Part shown: piece by piece, positions 26,996 through 39,680 of the stretch
How positions within the stretch are numbered: the first letter of the stretch is position 1
Layout: every line of letters starts with the position of its first letter
Origin: Octopus sinensis
Lineage: Eukaryota
Length of the DNA stretch: 64,000 nt
NCBI RefSeq assembly: GCF_006345805.1
Contig: NC_042997.1
Location: forward strand, 176,390,001 to 176,454,000
Direction: 5' to 3'
Made by a program: the position numbers and the translations under genes
Notes under the pieces: generated by a model
The model's database searches: none
Told to the model about the DNA's origin: nothing
What the model saw: only the letters and a program-made list of their open reading frames with translations

Positions 26996-27606
26996 CGACC
27001 TTCGAACGTTGGGCCTCACAGAGGCAATGACAAGTGACTGAGATCTTTGGAGATATGCTGTGCTTGAGAAGACCTGGCAAGCCAAGTGAGACTGTAACCG
27101 TAGCTTATGCCAGTGCAGTATAATTGAACCATTTAAGAGTACCTTTCAATCATTGGGCAATAAACTGCGCTTGCAAAGACCTGTTGAGTCAAGTGAAGTC
27201 ATTGTTGTGGCCAATGGCAGTAGTACCTGATCGACACTCATGCCAATGACACGTAAAAGCACCATTCAAACATGGTCAATGCCAATGCTGCCTGACTGGT
27301 CCTGTGCAGGTGGCACAAAAAAAGCACCATTTGAGCGTGATCATTGCCAATGCTGCCTGACTGGCTCCTGTGCTGGTGGGACATAAAAAGCACTATTCAA
27401 GTGTGGTTGATGCCAGTACTACCTATTTGGTCCTCATGCCAGTGGCACATAAAAAGCACCCTCTACACTCTTAGTGTGGTAGGCGTTAGAAACTGTGCCA
27501 AATCAGATTGGATCCTGGTGCAGCCTTCTGACTTACCAGCCCTCAGTCAAACCGTCCAACCCATGCCAGCATGGAAAGCGGACATTAAATGACAACGATG
27601 ATGATG
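26996..27606 (+). mobile_element. RTE-type LINE 3' end with tandem 3'UTR units
   Basis: DLRTLGLTEAMTSD*DLWRYAVLEKTWQAK* followed by about 4 hairpin units and the conserved tail. Confidence 0.85.
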
Positions 27607-28289
27607 TTACAATGTTATTTGTTAGTAGAACTGGTAGAATCAATATAGAATATTGCCATATTTTTCCTGGGTCAATGTTCTGAGTTTGAATCCTACTGAG
27701 GTCCCTTTTGCCTTTAATTCTCCCAGGGTTGATAAAAAAAATTACCAGTGTACTAAAGTGCAGTCCTAACTCCCTACACATGTCATATATTTAAATTTCT
27801 ACAGGGTAAATGGCATAGAGCATGAAAGGATGTGTGTCTACTGAAAAATGAGAGCAGAAGCATGGATCATGCAACTACTAAGTCATATTCAATCGTGAGA
27901 ATTAACCATGTTAGTTATTTGTTAAGAAGATATTTAAATGTTGTTGAGACATCAGACCTTTCTCTCAAGGGAATCTTTTTCCTCATGATAAGCATTCTTT
28001 GAGTGTCTTACAGGATGCGTTATGGATAATACTAGCACTGCACTGTTAGTATTATACATAAAACTTCCTCATAATATAGCCTTCCCTCATCATTCACATT
28101 GTGTCCCTGAGATCTCACACTAACAACTTTTCTGTAATTCTTCACCTCTCCCCACCTGAGTGTAATAGTCTTGAATATTACATTCCTGCTCATATTTTCT
28201 ACATAATCATCAACAGTTCAAGTACATCAATCTCAGTGGTATAGGAGGGCCTGTGAAGGCTATGTACATAGCCCATCCTTCCTTTAAAC

Positions 28290-28416
28290 CAGTAATGGGC
28301 AAATTGTGACCGACCTAATCAAAAATTACTTGGAATTTTTTTTCTTAGTAGTGCAGCCCACCTGATGAGCCATGCCTGATGTGGCCCACTTCTCAAAAAA
28401 AGGTTGCCCATGCCTG
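28290..28416. mobile_element. hAT-type MITE (127 bp)
   Basis: TIRs CAGTAATGGGCAA / TTGCCCATGCCTG (11/13); 8-bp TSD CTTTAAAC / CTCTAAAC. Confidence 0.8.
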
Positions 28417-31400
28417 CTCTAAACCAAATCATTAAAAGGATGTATGGCAGTCCACCTAAATTATCACATTTGACAATGGATTGACTGAATTATCAAAGCA
28501 TTGGACAAAATGCATTACAATATTTGTTCCAGTCCTTTATGTTCTTCAACTTTGCTTTGCATCCCGCTGGACTTAAAGTTGACCACAGTGGGATTTGAAC
28601 TCTGAACATAAAGTACTATAACTAAATACTCTGTCAATCTGTTTCTAAACAGGCTACAAATTTGAGAGAAGAGGTTACACAAGTGAATCAACCTCAGTAC
28701 TTGATTGGTACTTTATTTCATCAAAGGAAGAAAGTTGAACTCAGGATTTAGACTCAGAATATAAAGGGCCAAAACTAAATACTGCATAGCATTTTATCTA
28801 CTGTTCTAATGATTCTGCTAATCAACAACCCTAATAGCAGTAATAATTGCACTGATTTTATACATAGTGTATGTGCAGTCTGGAGATGGACTCTAGAAGG
28901 GCCAAATTTATCATGAAAATAAAAGAATATTTCAAATAACTTTTTTCTTTCTTTTGAATTTCACGTTAATTTTCATGTAGTCAGTGAGTGATCCAGTGAG
29001 GAAGTTCTAACTTCATAAACGTGTTTGACAAAGAATTTATCTCTTCAGTGGCACACCAAAAGAATCATAGATGGACAAATCAACAGATTACTAAAAAATT
29101 AGCCAAGGAATCTGTTTTTTTTCTCTTCACATCCTTTTGTTTCTACTATGTCTGTGATCAAAATAACTTTCAACAGTCGACTGTAGCAAGATAGAATGGT
29201 TTATTGCTATAAGCAAAGGTAGACAGTTTGGTTGTATCACAGAGATGAGTTTTAGACATTTTGTAGACATGGGTCATGGTCCAAAACTCCAGGTTCACTA
29301 GAAAAGGAAGAGGTCTAAATCAGAACTAAATATGGGACGTCACCAGCATGAGATTTTAATTAGTTACTTTTCAGTTTAAAGTATTGCTGAGGCCTGAAAG
29401 GCTTACTCCCTGTATTATTTCTGGTCCCAGTATTGGTGCCTTTTAAATTATTTTGAATTATGCATAATCTGAGAACATTTATGAATTAATATAAACTGCT
29501 ACAGTTTAGAAAATGTTTATAAAATCATTTAAATTATTTCTATTCGTCAAGCTAATGAAGTCTATCAGTATCAACCATAATAATGAATTTGAAATTTTAA
29601 AAATATATAGAACCATAAATAACATTAATAAAATATAATCAACAATAACATGAGGGCGGTTTCTAATAGTTTTATTATGACACTGAATTTTGTTTTCCCA
29701 GTGCCAATAAACTGACATACATTCAAGTTACATAAGTTTCTAAACACTATACGGTATGCCACTATGTGAGGGTGTGAAGATCTGTTAACTGGTAGAATCA
29801 GGGGTTCATATTAATGCTCCAACATAGATAATGAAAATAAATAAAACCATTTTATCACGTTAAAAATTATTTCAAGTAAGATATTTTTTTGTTTATATAT
29901 TTCTAGCTAACATAATGACAATGCACATTTTATGTGCACAACAATAAAAGTGGCACTGCATAAGATATATTAAGAGCCACAGCTGTGGAGGCAGAATTAA
30001 ATCATTGCTCACACTTGATTGTGGTTTGATTATTGGGGGATCAAACGGAACTTAAAATCAGGACTCTTATATTGACTGATTGTTAATAAGATTGCACGTT
30101 TAAATCGTAATATTCCTGACACACCATTACATGGTACATTGACAGGAACTCTATTACAACTCGTTTGAACCCGATTTCTTCATTGCGTCTGATGCAAGCT
30201 ATCACTTATTTAAAATTAGTTGTAGTAACTTTAAGGTAATAAGGTAATTTCTGACTAAATGAGTCAAAAGAATTAAATTTTAAACAAAAATTAAAGTATA
30301 CTTAACAGTGAGATATTCTCACGATTCTTCTAATGTAGACCTGATATGTTTGATTAAAAAATTCTAAAAAAAGAAACCCTTGTTTTAATATGAAATGAAA
30401 ATCTGTGGTAAAAAAGAAAAAAAAAGCAGAAAAGAAAGAAACTGTTGGTCCAGTAAGAACATTAAAAAGCTAAACTCAGTTCTTCGCAATATCTATTTCG
30501 GTACGGCGCTGTTCCGGAGACAGTTTTTCGCCACCCATCTAGGGTCCATAAATAAGTACCAGAGATTCTACTCAAATCAAAAGAAATTACTACAGTTGTT
30601 TAGATTAACAAAAATAAAAAAGAAAGAATCCTGACCAATTCGGGTACGTTATAAAAAAGGTATTTGTTGAAAGTTCCATTCCATATTTTCCCATTCAACC
30701 AAATTTTCTTAGATGTAGAAATATCCTTTCCCCACCCCAATTAAAAAAGCATATTCGGCAATTCATTACAAAAATACATATAACAGATTATTAAAAACAA
30801 AATCTTTCAGACAGTTTTCTTTTTAAGGACGATGTATGACCCTTAAATTTCTGAAGGTATTCATTCAATTGCTTCAACAGTTAACCTAATGATGTATTGA
30901 TACATATGACGTTAATAGAATCAATTCACAGATGTAACCCGAAATCGAGGTGTACATAATCATTAGAATACTTGATCTATTTCCAAATTGTCTACATGTA
31001 AACTTAACATCAATATCCATTTAAAACATCTAGCCTTTGCGCTTTAAAACCAGATTACTTAAACGAAGAGGTGGCAAAAAAAACAGTTTATGTTATAAAT
31101 AATTTGTAAAATATGTCGGCCGGCTGAGTTATGGAAGTTTGGAAGAGCGATGTGGAGAAGCCAAGCTGTCAGTTTAAATGTTATCGCAACGGGTTCTGTT
31201 AGTGTTTGTGACACACCTACACAGATGATTTTTAAAACGATCTTTCATTAATATATATACCATCTGCCTATTAAGAAGTAAACATAGTTGTCGTGTAAGT
31301 TTCCAAACGTTGACAATATGTTGATCATATAGACAGAGAGAGAGAGAGGACCTCGCTTGAAAAAGTAAGAAGAAAATAATGACCAAGATCGGAACGTTTG

Positions 31401-32223
31401 GTTCATTATAAATATGTCTTCTGCAATTAATGAAACAGCTCATCACAGTAAATAATATATTCTATGTGTTAAATTTGTTAAAGTCTGGCTATCCACATAC
31501 AATATGTGAGACTTGGCTGGAATACATTCTAGCAGAATCAACACGTAGGCAGGTAAAACCACCTTAGCAGGATTTTTATATTCCGTACGGAGAGATAAGC
31601 CAAAAATCAGAATTAAGGTTAATATATAGAGAAAGCTTAAACAATCTGAAGACATAATTTAGAAAACTAAGAAAATTTTTGTGAAGAAAATCTCTAGTTT
31701 TCTGAGCCAGTAGCTCGAAATATTGCCTAAATTATGTCGTCAGATTTGCTTCGGGATTATCTGTATGGAAGGATAAACCGCTGCTACACACAATCTGAGA
31801 AGGTTAATAACTTGGAGGCGAAGATTTCGAATTGGTTGAAAGTTGTGAAGAGGAAACAACATAGAATAGATTTATTAGTTGTCAATTTGGACAAGTTGAG
31901 GTTTAGAATTGTCACTGCATTTAGAATAAACCAGCGAGGAAATGCTTGATATACTATACACACACACACTATACATATATATATATCTATATCTATCTCT
32001 CTCTATATATATAGAGTTAATAAAAAAAAAGACAAAGTGTAGGAGTGTATCAATATGATTATGAAATAGGGTTTTTGATGAGGAGAAATTAATTCGCTAC
32101 AAATAATGACAACCCGAAGACAATTTATGAGAGGTACAAATCGACGGAATCTGCATGAAGTTCTGGATCCATAAACTAACGGAATATTTCCTCTATTTAT
32201 AACAGAGAAAAAACAACACTTAC

Positions 32224-32470
32224 CTTAAAACGTCACCAAGATATCAATTAAAGAATACGGACTAAACACATGAGTATCAATGTAACAGATAAGTAGCAAA
32301 GCCCAAAAAAAAAGCAATGGGTCAAACAGACTTTCCAAGAGTAACTTAGTCCGTCTCTCTCTCCTTTTCTTCCTTCTCTCTTACTCACTCACTCACTCTC
32401 TATCTATTGTCACTCCCTCTCTTTCCCCCTCTCTCGATAAACAGTATCACTGATACTTTCTCACAGCTTT
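32224..32470 (-). other. Putative non-coding first exon of SEC24C/D (5' boundary uncertain)
   Basis: Consensus donor AAG|GTAAGT at 32223 on the minus strand, immediately downstream of a CpG-containing promoter-like motif cluster. Assignment to SEC24C is inference. Confidence 0.5.
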
Positions 32471-32545
32471 CAGTCGACGCTGTGCCACGTACCGCTCACT
32501 TCCGGTACACATGCGTACTACCTGCCACGTAGACAGGAAGCATCT
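32470..32545. promoter_or_regulatory. Putative SEC24C/D core promoter: 2x TGCCACGT plus ETS site
   Basis: TGCCACGT at 32483-32490 and 32523-32530, CACTTCCGGT at 32497-32506. CpG dinucleotides are locally retained in an otherwise CpG-poor window. Confidence 0.6.
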
Positions 32546-35010
32546 GGAATGTTGGGATGTGAAGTGTCGCGTGTACAAAGAATGATGCGAGAGAAGAAGG
32601 CGTGAACAATTTTTGTTCCTGGCTTAATTCTACCCTTTTATTCCGTTTTAAATTCAAACCATAATTTTGCAAGATTTATTTATATTAAAAAAAAATTAAT
32701 CGATAATAGTATATTTATAAATAAAATTTTATTCCTGTTTAATTTCACAAATTTATTCCTATTGCCTTCCAATCAGCATAAACCATTGCCTTATCTTGTT
32801 CGTCGTAGATAACTGTTTATCAATAATTAATTAAACGTCAATAAATTCTATATCTTTTCGTCCTTCCATTATATATGGAATTTGTTTCTCAAATTTTTTG
32901 GAACAGTTCTCTTTATTCACGCTATTATTTGAATGAAATATATGTTCGATCTAGAATCTAGTTTTATAATTTAAAAAAAAAAATTTGTTAAAATTTGTTT
33001 ATTTTTCTTATTGTCTTATATATACTCACATCGAAGGATCGCCGTTGGCGGAATATCAACTATCGAAATAAATAGCAATTTACTCCCTCGTTCCCATCTT
33101 TTTCTAAAAAGTGCTTAAGTCAGCTGTTATCTGAAAATGGAAGAAATTACTTAGTAAATACAGAACTTTCCAGCTGATATACGCATAATTTCTCTTAACT
33201 TCGACACTTTGTTGTGAGTTTTTGAAAATCAAAATCTTTTGTATATCATATCACAGCGAAAAGTGATTAGGTTTCAACTCCCAATTGTCTATGAGAAACG
33301 TATAAACGTTGCCTCAACTCTCCTTTGTCGTTGATAAATCTGAAAGAAGTGTGTCACACTTCCGTATCACTTTTGCTTTTTTGGTTGTACTTCTAACATT
33401 TAGAATAAGAAAAAGAGAATATTTTTTAATCTGTGGTCAACTTTGATAGTTAGTTTTTATTCCATGGTGGGTAAATTAGCAGAATTGTTAGAGCATCAGA
33501 AAATTTCTGGTATTTGTTCCAACCCATTACGTTTTGAATTCATATGCCACTGAGGGCAACTTTGCGTTTCCGTTTTCCAGAGTTGAGGAAATTAAGTACT
33601 AGACAGGTATTGGAGTTGACTAATCTTGGCTTTGTGTGTGTTAAAAATAATTATTATTAATATATTTTTAGGGTAGAGTTTCTCAAATTATAACCTTAGA
33701 AAATTTCACATTGAAATTATCATGAAACAGTATAATCATGATGTAAATGGAAATATTAATTATAAATGTTAATGTTTCTTACTTGAGATAAACATTTTAA
33801 AAGAAACATTCGTAGAAATTACAAATTGTCTTGGAATAATTAAAGTAAACTGTTTAGTGAGAGATTAATCAATATCTGAACTTACACGTTCATGACTTAA
33901 GTTGTGAACAGCTGTTTCTTATATTTTATTATTCTCTTCAATGCTAAATGATGATGATGATAATGAGGATGAAATAGTTTTTGTCTCAATTTTACAAGAA
34001 AAATAAAAATATATAATAGTGAATGAGGATCAGGTCAACATGAAAGGAATTTGATGTAGCTAGGTTGGTAAATACTTCAGCTAGCAAACAGAAAAACCTT
34101 TATAAATGAAACATTAGGACACTAAAATAATTCCAAGGATTTCTTCTCTTCAACAAAGTCTTTCTTTCATGTATCTATCTTAGAAGATTATATACACATC
34201 ACTCATTTGAAACACCATCAGCCTCAATGATATTCAATAATTAGAAAGAATTTATATTTCCAGTATCAAATATATGTAGCCTCAGAAATTCAAATCAATT
34301 GATTTATTTATGTTTATTATGTGGCGTGAAAATAGAAATTAAAGCTTTCGACACGTTTGCATTTTTTGATTGATCCAATGAGCCAATGAAAGAAGTCTCT
34401 GTCAGTCACTTGACCTTCTAGAAATAAGCAATATAGCCAATTGTGACTCAGATTCACCATAAAACATTGAGTGTTATATCTTGTATCTAAACAGGAGATG
34501 AAGAAATATGCTCAGAAAAAAAAAAGAGAAGAAATAATATTAAACTGAAGATATGATGACAACAAAGTAGCAAAAATATTGACATTTTCAATAATAATTT
34601 ATCAGAAGACTTTTTGTTTGTTATTGTTTACTTTCACACCAGCTCTGATTGAACAGACTTATGAGCAAAGGTATTATCATTTCTTTACCAAAATAATAGG
34701 AAGATTTTTTTTTTTTTTCTTTTAGGTCAAATAACAATATAGGGGTTGGAGTTTAAAATAAGTCAATGAAATTGTTGTTAGTTTGTTTGCTGAAAAGTTA
34801 TGGGTTTGTTATCCTGTTACTGGTAATAAGCTGTATCGTAGACAAAGAGCTTAGTGACTGCTCCACCTACAAACGTATATTCTGGTGTTTTCTGCTATCG
34901 AAATCAAAACTTCTTACAGAAATAAAGGATCTTGTAAATAGTAATGTTATGCAGTCAGACTAGTTACTACTCTAAAACAGAATAAATTTTTATTGTAAAC
35001 ATTATTGTAG

Positions 35011-35595
35011 TAGAATTATGGTGTGCAAGAGAGATGACTGTGTTGCTATGGTCATGTGGTGTATATGGATGAGGACAATTATATAAAGAAATGCCAATCT
35101 CTAACTGTGGAGGGAACCTGTGGGAGAGGTAGATGCAGGAAGACATGGGATGAGGTGGTGAAGCATGATCTTCGAATGTTGGGTCTCACAGAAGCAATGA
35201 CAAGTGATTGAGACCTTTGGTGATTTGCTGTGCTTGAGAAGAATCATCAAGCCAAGTGAAATTGTAGCTGTGGCCAGAACCAGTGACATGTCAAAGCACC
35301 TATACCAGTGACATGTAAAAGCATTCATGCTGGTGACACAGGAAAGCATCCATTCTGGTTCAGATAAGAGCACTTGTGCCAGTGACACATAAAAGGCACT
35401 TATGATGGCAACACATAAAAGCACTCATGCCAGTGACACATGGAGTGGTTGGCATTAGGAAGGGCATCCAGTCATAGAAACCAAGCCAAAATCAGACTGG
35501 AACCTGGTACAGCTCTCCAGCTTACCACTTCCAGTCAAACTGTCTAACCCATGTCAGCAATGAAAGCAGACACTAAATGATGATGATGATGATGA
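35011..35595 (+). mobile_element. RTE-type LINE 3' end
   Basis: ...KKCQSLTVEGTCGRGRCRKTWDEVVKHDLRMLGLTEAMTSD*DLW*FAVLEK..QAK*, 3'UTR units, (GAT)n. Confidence 0.85.
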
Positions 35596-35990
35596 ATTAT
35601 TAGTTTATATAATACCACCCATAACAAGATGTCGCAAGCCTATAAGCTCATTAGATCAGATCTCATTCCTGTTAACATAACATTTAAGCAATTGGGACCA
35701 AACTACCCTCTAAACAAGATGCCAATCTGTTACAAGGTCAACCTCCATCTGCTGCTGATACTCATTTTCAGCTAATTAAACTGGAGCAATATGAAATGCC
35801 TTGTTCAAGACACAACATTTCACTTAGTCCAAGAATTGAACCAACAATCTAATGATTTTGAGCCAAATACTTTAATTACTAGGCAATGTGCTTTCACTTG
35901 ACAGAATGAAATCTATGAAATTCTTATTAGAATTTGAACTCGGCACTATGAGACAATTGATAAGAATGTCTTGAAGTATCTAAAATGAAT

Positions 35991-36245
35991 AAAAATAAAT
36001 GCGCCCTTTTGAAGCCTAGCCAGACTCATGGGCCCAGTTTCCTGGTTTCCATGGTGTATGTACTCCCCAGCAGGATGGGACGCCAGTCCATCGCAACGTT
36101 ACTCATTTTTGCCAGCTGAGTGGACTGGAGCAATGTGAAATAAAGTGTTTTGCTCAAGAACACAATGCATTGTTCGGTCCGGGAATCGAAACCAAAATCT
36201 TACAATCATGGTGTTGACACCCTAACCCCTAAGCCACGCGCCTCC
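35991..36245 (-). mobile_element. SINE with family D head and a different tail
   Basis: Shares gtgttcttgagcaaaacactttatttcacattgctccagtccactcagctg with family D. Confidence 0.7.
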
Positions 36246-36685
36246 ACCTTGAAGTATCTAAGCCATTACATTGGAAATTCAAATGTATATGTGTGTGTGT
36301 TTGAGTATAAAACCATTTTAACAAAAATGACAAGAAAAAGACCAGCACAGACAAGAGAAATTGAACAAAGAAAATTTAATTGCTACCAACTATATAAAAT
36401 ATAGTACTAAGAACAAATAAAACATATAAGCACAGGCATAGCAGTTTGGTTAAAAAGTTTGCTTCCTAACCACATGGTCTAGGATTCAGTCCCACTGCAT
36501 TGCACCATGGGCAAGTGTCTTCTACTATAGCCTCAGGCTGACCAAAGCCTTGCAAATGGATTATTAGATAGAAAATGAAAGAAATGCATCACTATGTGTG
36601 TGTTTGTGTCTTCTTGTCTTAACATCACATGTTGTAAATGAATATCATTCATTTCCAATATGAAACAGAAACATGTTTGGTCCTG

Positions 36686-37334
36686 GTGTTATTTTCTCGG
36701 ATGAGTCATCCTTTACCTTATTTCCGACTACCGGCCGAGTATACATGTGGAGACAGCCAAAAAAGTATTTGACCCAGACCACCTTCTTCCAACTGTTAAA
36801 CATGGAGGAGGATCTGTGATGATCTGGGGGGGGGGGCTATATCTTGGAAATACGTTGGCCCAATGGTTTACCTTCATAGCAGAATTAATAGTCAAGACTA
36901 TTTAAGCATTTTATCTGATGAAATTCATCATATGGTTGCGGAACTGTTTCTGGAGAGAAAAGCAATCTTTCAAGATGATAATGACCCAATTCACACTGCT
37001 AAAGTTGTTAATGAATGGCACGAGGAACATTCTAGTGAAGTTGAACATCTTATCTGGCCACCACAATCCCCAGATCTCACTGTTATTGAACATTTATGAT
37101 GCATTTTAGTAAAACAAGTAAGGTGTCAATATCCTCTACCATTATCATGACAAGAACTGGAGGCTGTTTTAGCTGAAGAATGGACAAAAATTCCTTTGGA
37201 AACAATTCAAACTTTGTACGAGTCCATACCTCATAGAGTTCAAGCTGTAATTACTGCCAAAGGCAGTCCTATCCCATATTAAAATAAATTTGTTTGAAAT
37301 TTTAAGGTGTTTCCATTATTTTATCCAACCCCTA
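36686..37334 (+). mobile_element. 5'-truncated Tc1-type transposon relic, DD36E catalytic spacing
   Basis: FSDESSFTLFPTTGRVY..., KHGGGSVMIWG, FQDDNDPIHTA...WPPQSPDLTVIE; 36 residues between the second D and E; stop at 37097-37099 and homopolymer frameshifts; right TIR ...ggtgtttccattattttatccaaccccta followed by TA. Confidence 0.9.
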
Positions 37335-37344
37335 TATCTATCTG

Positions 37345-37830
37345 GTCAGACAATGTGTTTGCATCAATACAACTTTTCCATGCCAGATGTCCCAATTTTC
37401 CATGGTGGTCTTTCACTTCTCAACTTGATATGCTGCTCTTCTTAGTCTTCTAATACCTTCATGTCCATGCATCTTAAAATTTCCAGCAATGGGAGTTCAG
37501 TGGATATTTCATACTTGCTTCTTCAGCAGTGTCATGTATAATGTGTTCTTTCTTTGATTACTGAGGTAATGGTAGGAAAACTGCTATCCAGTCATTGCTT
37601 CATAGGATGTTGCTGACTAGAAAGATTAAGAACTTCATAAAGCATTCTCATTTAGTGTCAAGCTTCTTTTCAAGTCTCTTGTTCAGTGTCCATACTGAAA
37701 ATTCATAGAGAAGTACCGATTCAACAATTGTTTTGAAGAGGAAGGACTTAGATATAATTCCTATTCTGTCTAGAGCATTCCTAGCTTTTGCAATCCTTAC
37801 CTGACCATCTTTTTCTGTTGTAACAAAGGC
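37345..37830 (-). pseudogene. Decayed LINE RT C-terminal fragment (RTE/RTE-X-like, a family distinct from the main RTE)
   Basis: TEKDGQVRIAKARNALDR...FKTIVESVLLYEFSVWTLNKRLEKKLD then RMLYEVLN...QHP; stops and frameshifts. Confidence 0.7.
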
Positions 37831-38454
37831 AATAGGTATTTCATGATTCAACTGAAGTATAGAAATTGATAGTTTCTTGTTTGAAGTAAAAATGTTATAT
37901 TTATGGTGCTATACTGATGGTTTTGTAATATTTAGAAGTTCATTAAGGTGAGGGGTTGGCAGAAACATTAGAATGCCTTGTGGTATTTCTTCTAACTCTT
38001 TATGATTGTGAGCTTAAATCCTGAAGTTGATTTTGCCTTTCATCCCTTGGGATGGGGGTGGGTTGATGAAATTGAGAACCAATCAAGTACTTGGATTGAT
38101 GGTATTGACTACTTCCCTCCCTTGAATTTTGGGCTTGTGCCTATGTTAGAAACTATTATTGGTGATGATGATGATGATGATGATGATAGGTTAGTAGAAA
38201 CATTAAAGCATCAAACAAAATGCCTTGCAGTATTTGATCTAGTTTTTTTACACTCTGAGTTCAATCCCACTGAAGCCAGCTTTGTCTTGCATCCCTCCAG
38301 GGTTAATAAAATAAAGGGTCAGTATAATCAATCAGTCCCTTTCCTGTGCTAGAATTTATAAGTTCACTGTAAATTTTGATAAGGTAAACTCATTTAAAAA
38401 AGTGAGTTTATCTTATTAGGAATAATTTTTTAAAGGGATTCTAAATATATGAGT

Positions 38455-38499
38455 TGTATGCTGATGACAGGTCAATACCTAGAAACTGCTGTCCGTGTG
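38455..38499 (+). ncRNA. Type-I hammerhead ribozyme motif, intact core
   Basis: TGTATG-CTGATGA-C-AGGT(CAAT)ACCT-A-GAAAC(TGCT)GT-C-CGTGTG: CUGAUGA, GAAA and GUC cleavage triplet intact; wobble-rich stem I; C.A mismatch at the base of stem II. Confidence 0.65.
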
Positions 38500-39583
38500 T
38501 ATCACTTAGGTTGACGAGGGAAGGATGACCTCCCTTTGCAAATACCTTAAGAGCATAGAAAGTGTGCCTAAAGCTAGCTGGAGACGATGTTCTCCTGGGG
38601 CTACAAGCTACAGTAACACCCACCCTTAGTGGTTAGCCATATTGAGATGGCAAATATACCTCACATTGTCGTGCAGTTACTGTTTATACCTCATTCAGAG
38701 ATTTATTATTTCTATCAGAATTGTTTGATTATTTCAGCAAATATCAAGGCAAAATTTATAGAAGAAACTAATTTGTGAAAATATATACATACAGTGCCCA
38801 AAAGCTTAAAAAAGAAAAGAAAAAGCTTGAATATTATTGTAGAGAGAATCAGTCCTTTCTTTGTTCTTTAATGATCAGATAATGATCTCTGTGTATCTCT
38901 TGCTAAGCTTATTTTCCTGGAGTATAAAGTACAAGGAACATTGACAGGATCTATAAGTGAGTGAAATCCTACTTATCAAAGATCCAAAAGCTCCAGTTCA
39001 ACCATTCAAATCTATTTACAGATCCTATCAATGTTTCTGGCACTTTAAGATGCTGTATATTGACTTGTACACTTATTTAACAATTATTTGCTGTTTTCTA
39101 TCTGTTTATGCCAATATATTTGTTTGCTTGTCCACTTTTAATTTGTGGGTGCAAGAACTTTTGATGATTAATCCTTCTCATTCTATAATTATATTTGCTT
39201 CTGTTTGGATTAGTTACATGACTTGGAACCACAGCTGGCTTATTCCTGGTGAAACAGCTGCAAGAGAAGTTCTGGCACACACAAAAATCTGCTGTGCAAC
39301 TGTTGGCTGAGAGAATACATTTTACAGGTTATGACATAATAGACTGGAATATAAAAAAAAATTATATGTAGGTGACTGTTTTGTGAAAAACCTTCAGATC
39401 AGAAGTAGATTTAAGAAAAAACTCAGCTGTACTGTCACCTTCTTTTGATCTTTAAAAGAAAACATAAGATTTAAAGTCATGTTAATGAAGTCTGTAACAG
39501 TGTAGTGTATGTGTTATCAGACTTAACTAGCAATCAACTATTTCACAGTTAGCTTTTGTTTATTTTTCTCTTTTACATTCTCT

Positions 39584-39585
<2 letters not shown>

Positions 39586-39651
<66 letters not shown>

Positions 39652-39680
39652 CAAATCAAATCAAATCAAACCAAATCAAA
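39586..39680. repeat. Compound microsatellite (CT)n(AT)n(TCAAA)n
   Basis: Direct reading. Confidence 0.9.

Noticed and set aside
29385-29410. GGCCTGAAAGGCT hairpin resembling hammerhead stem II (similar GAGC..GCTC-GAAA at about 31704)
   Set aside because: CUGANGA core and/or GAAA-NUH elements are missing.
31217-31355. Possible second 5'UTR exon (ttttcaag acceptor, gtgtgt/gtaggt donor, minus strand)
   Set aside because: Splice-like signals only; not supportable without RNA data.
38510-38550. Second hammerhead-like start (TTGACGA-GGGAAGG..CCTCCC)
   Set aside because: No GAAA after the stem.
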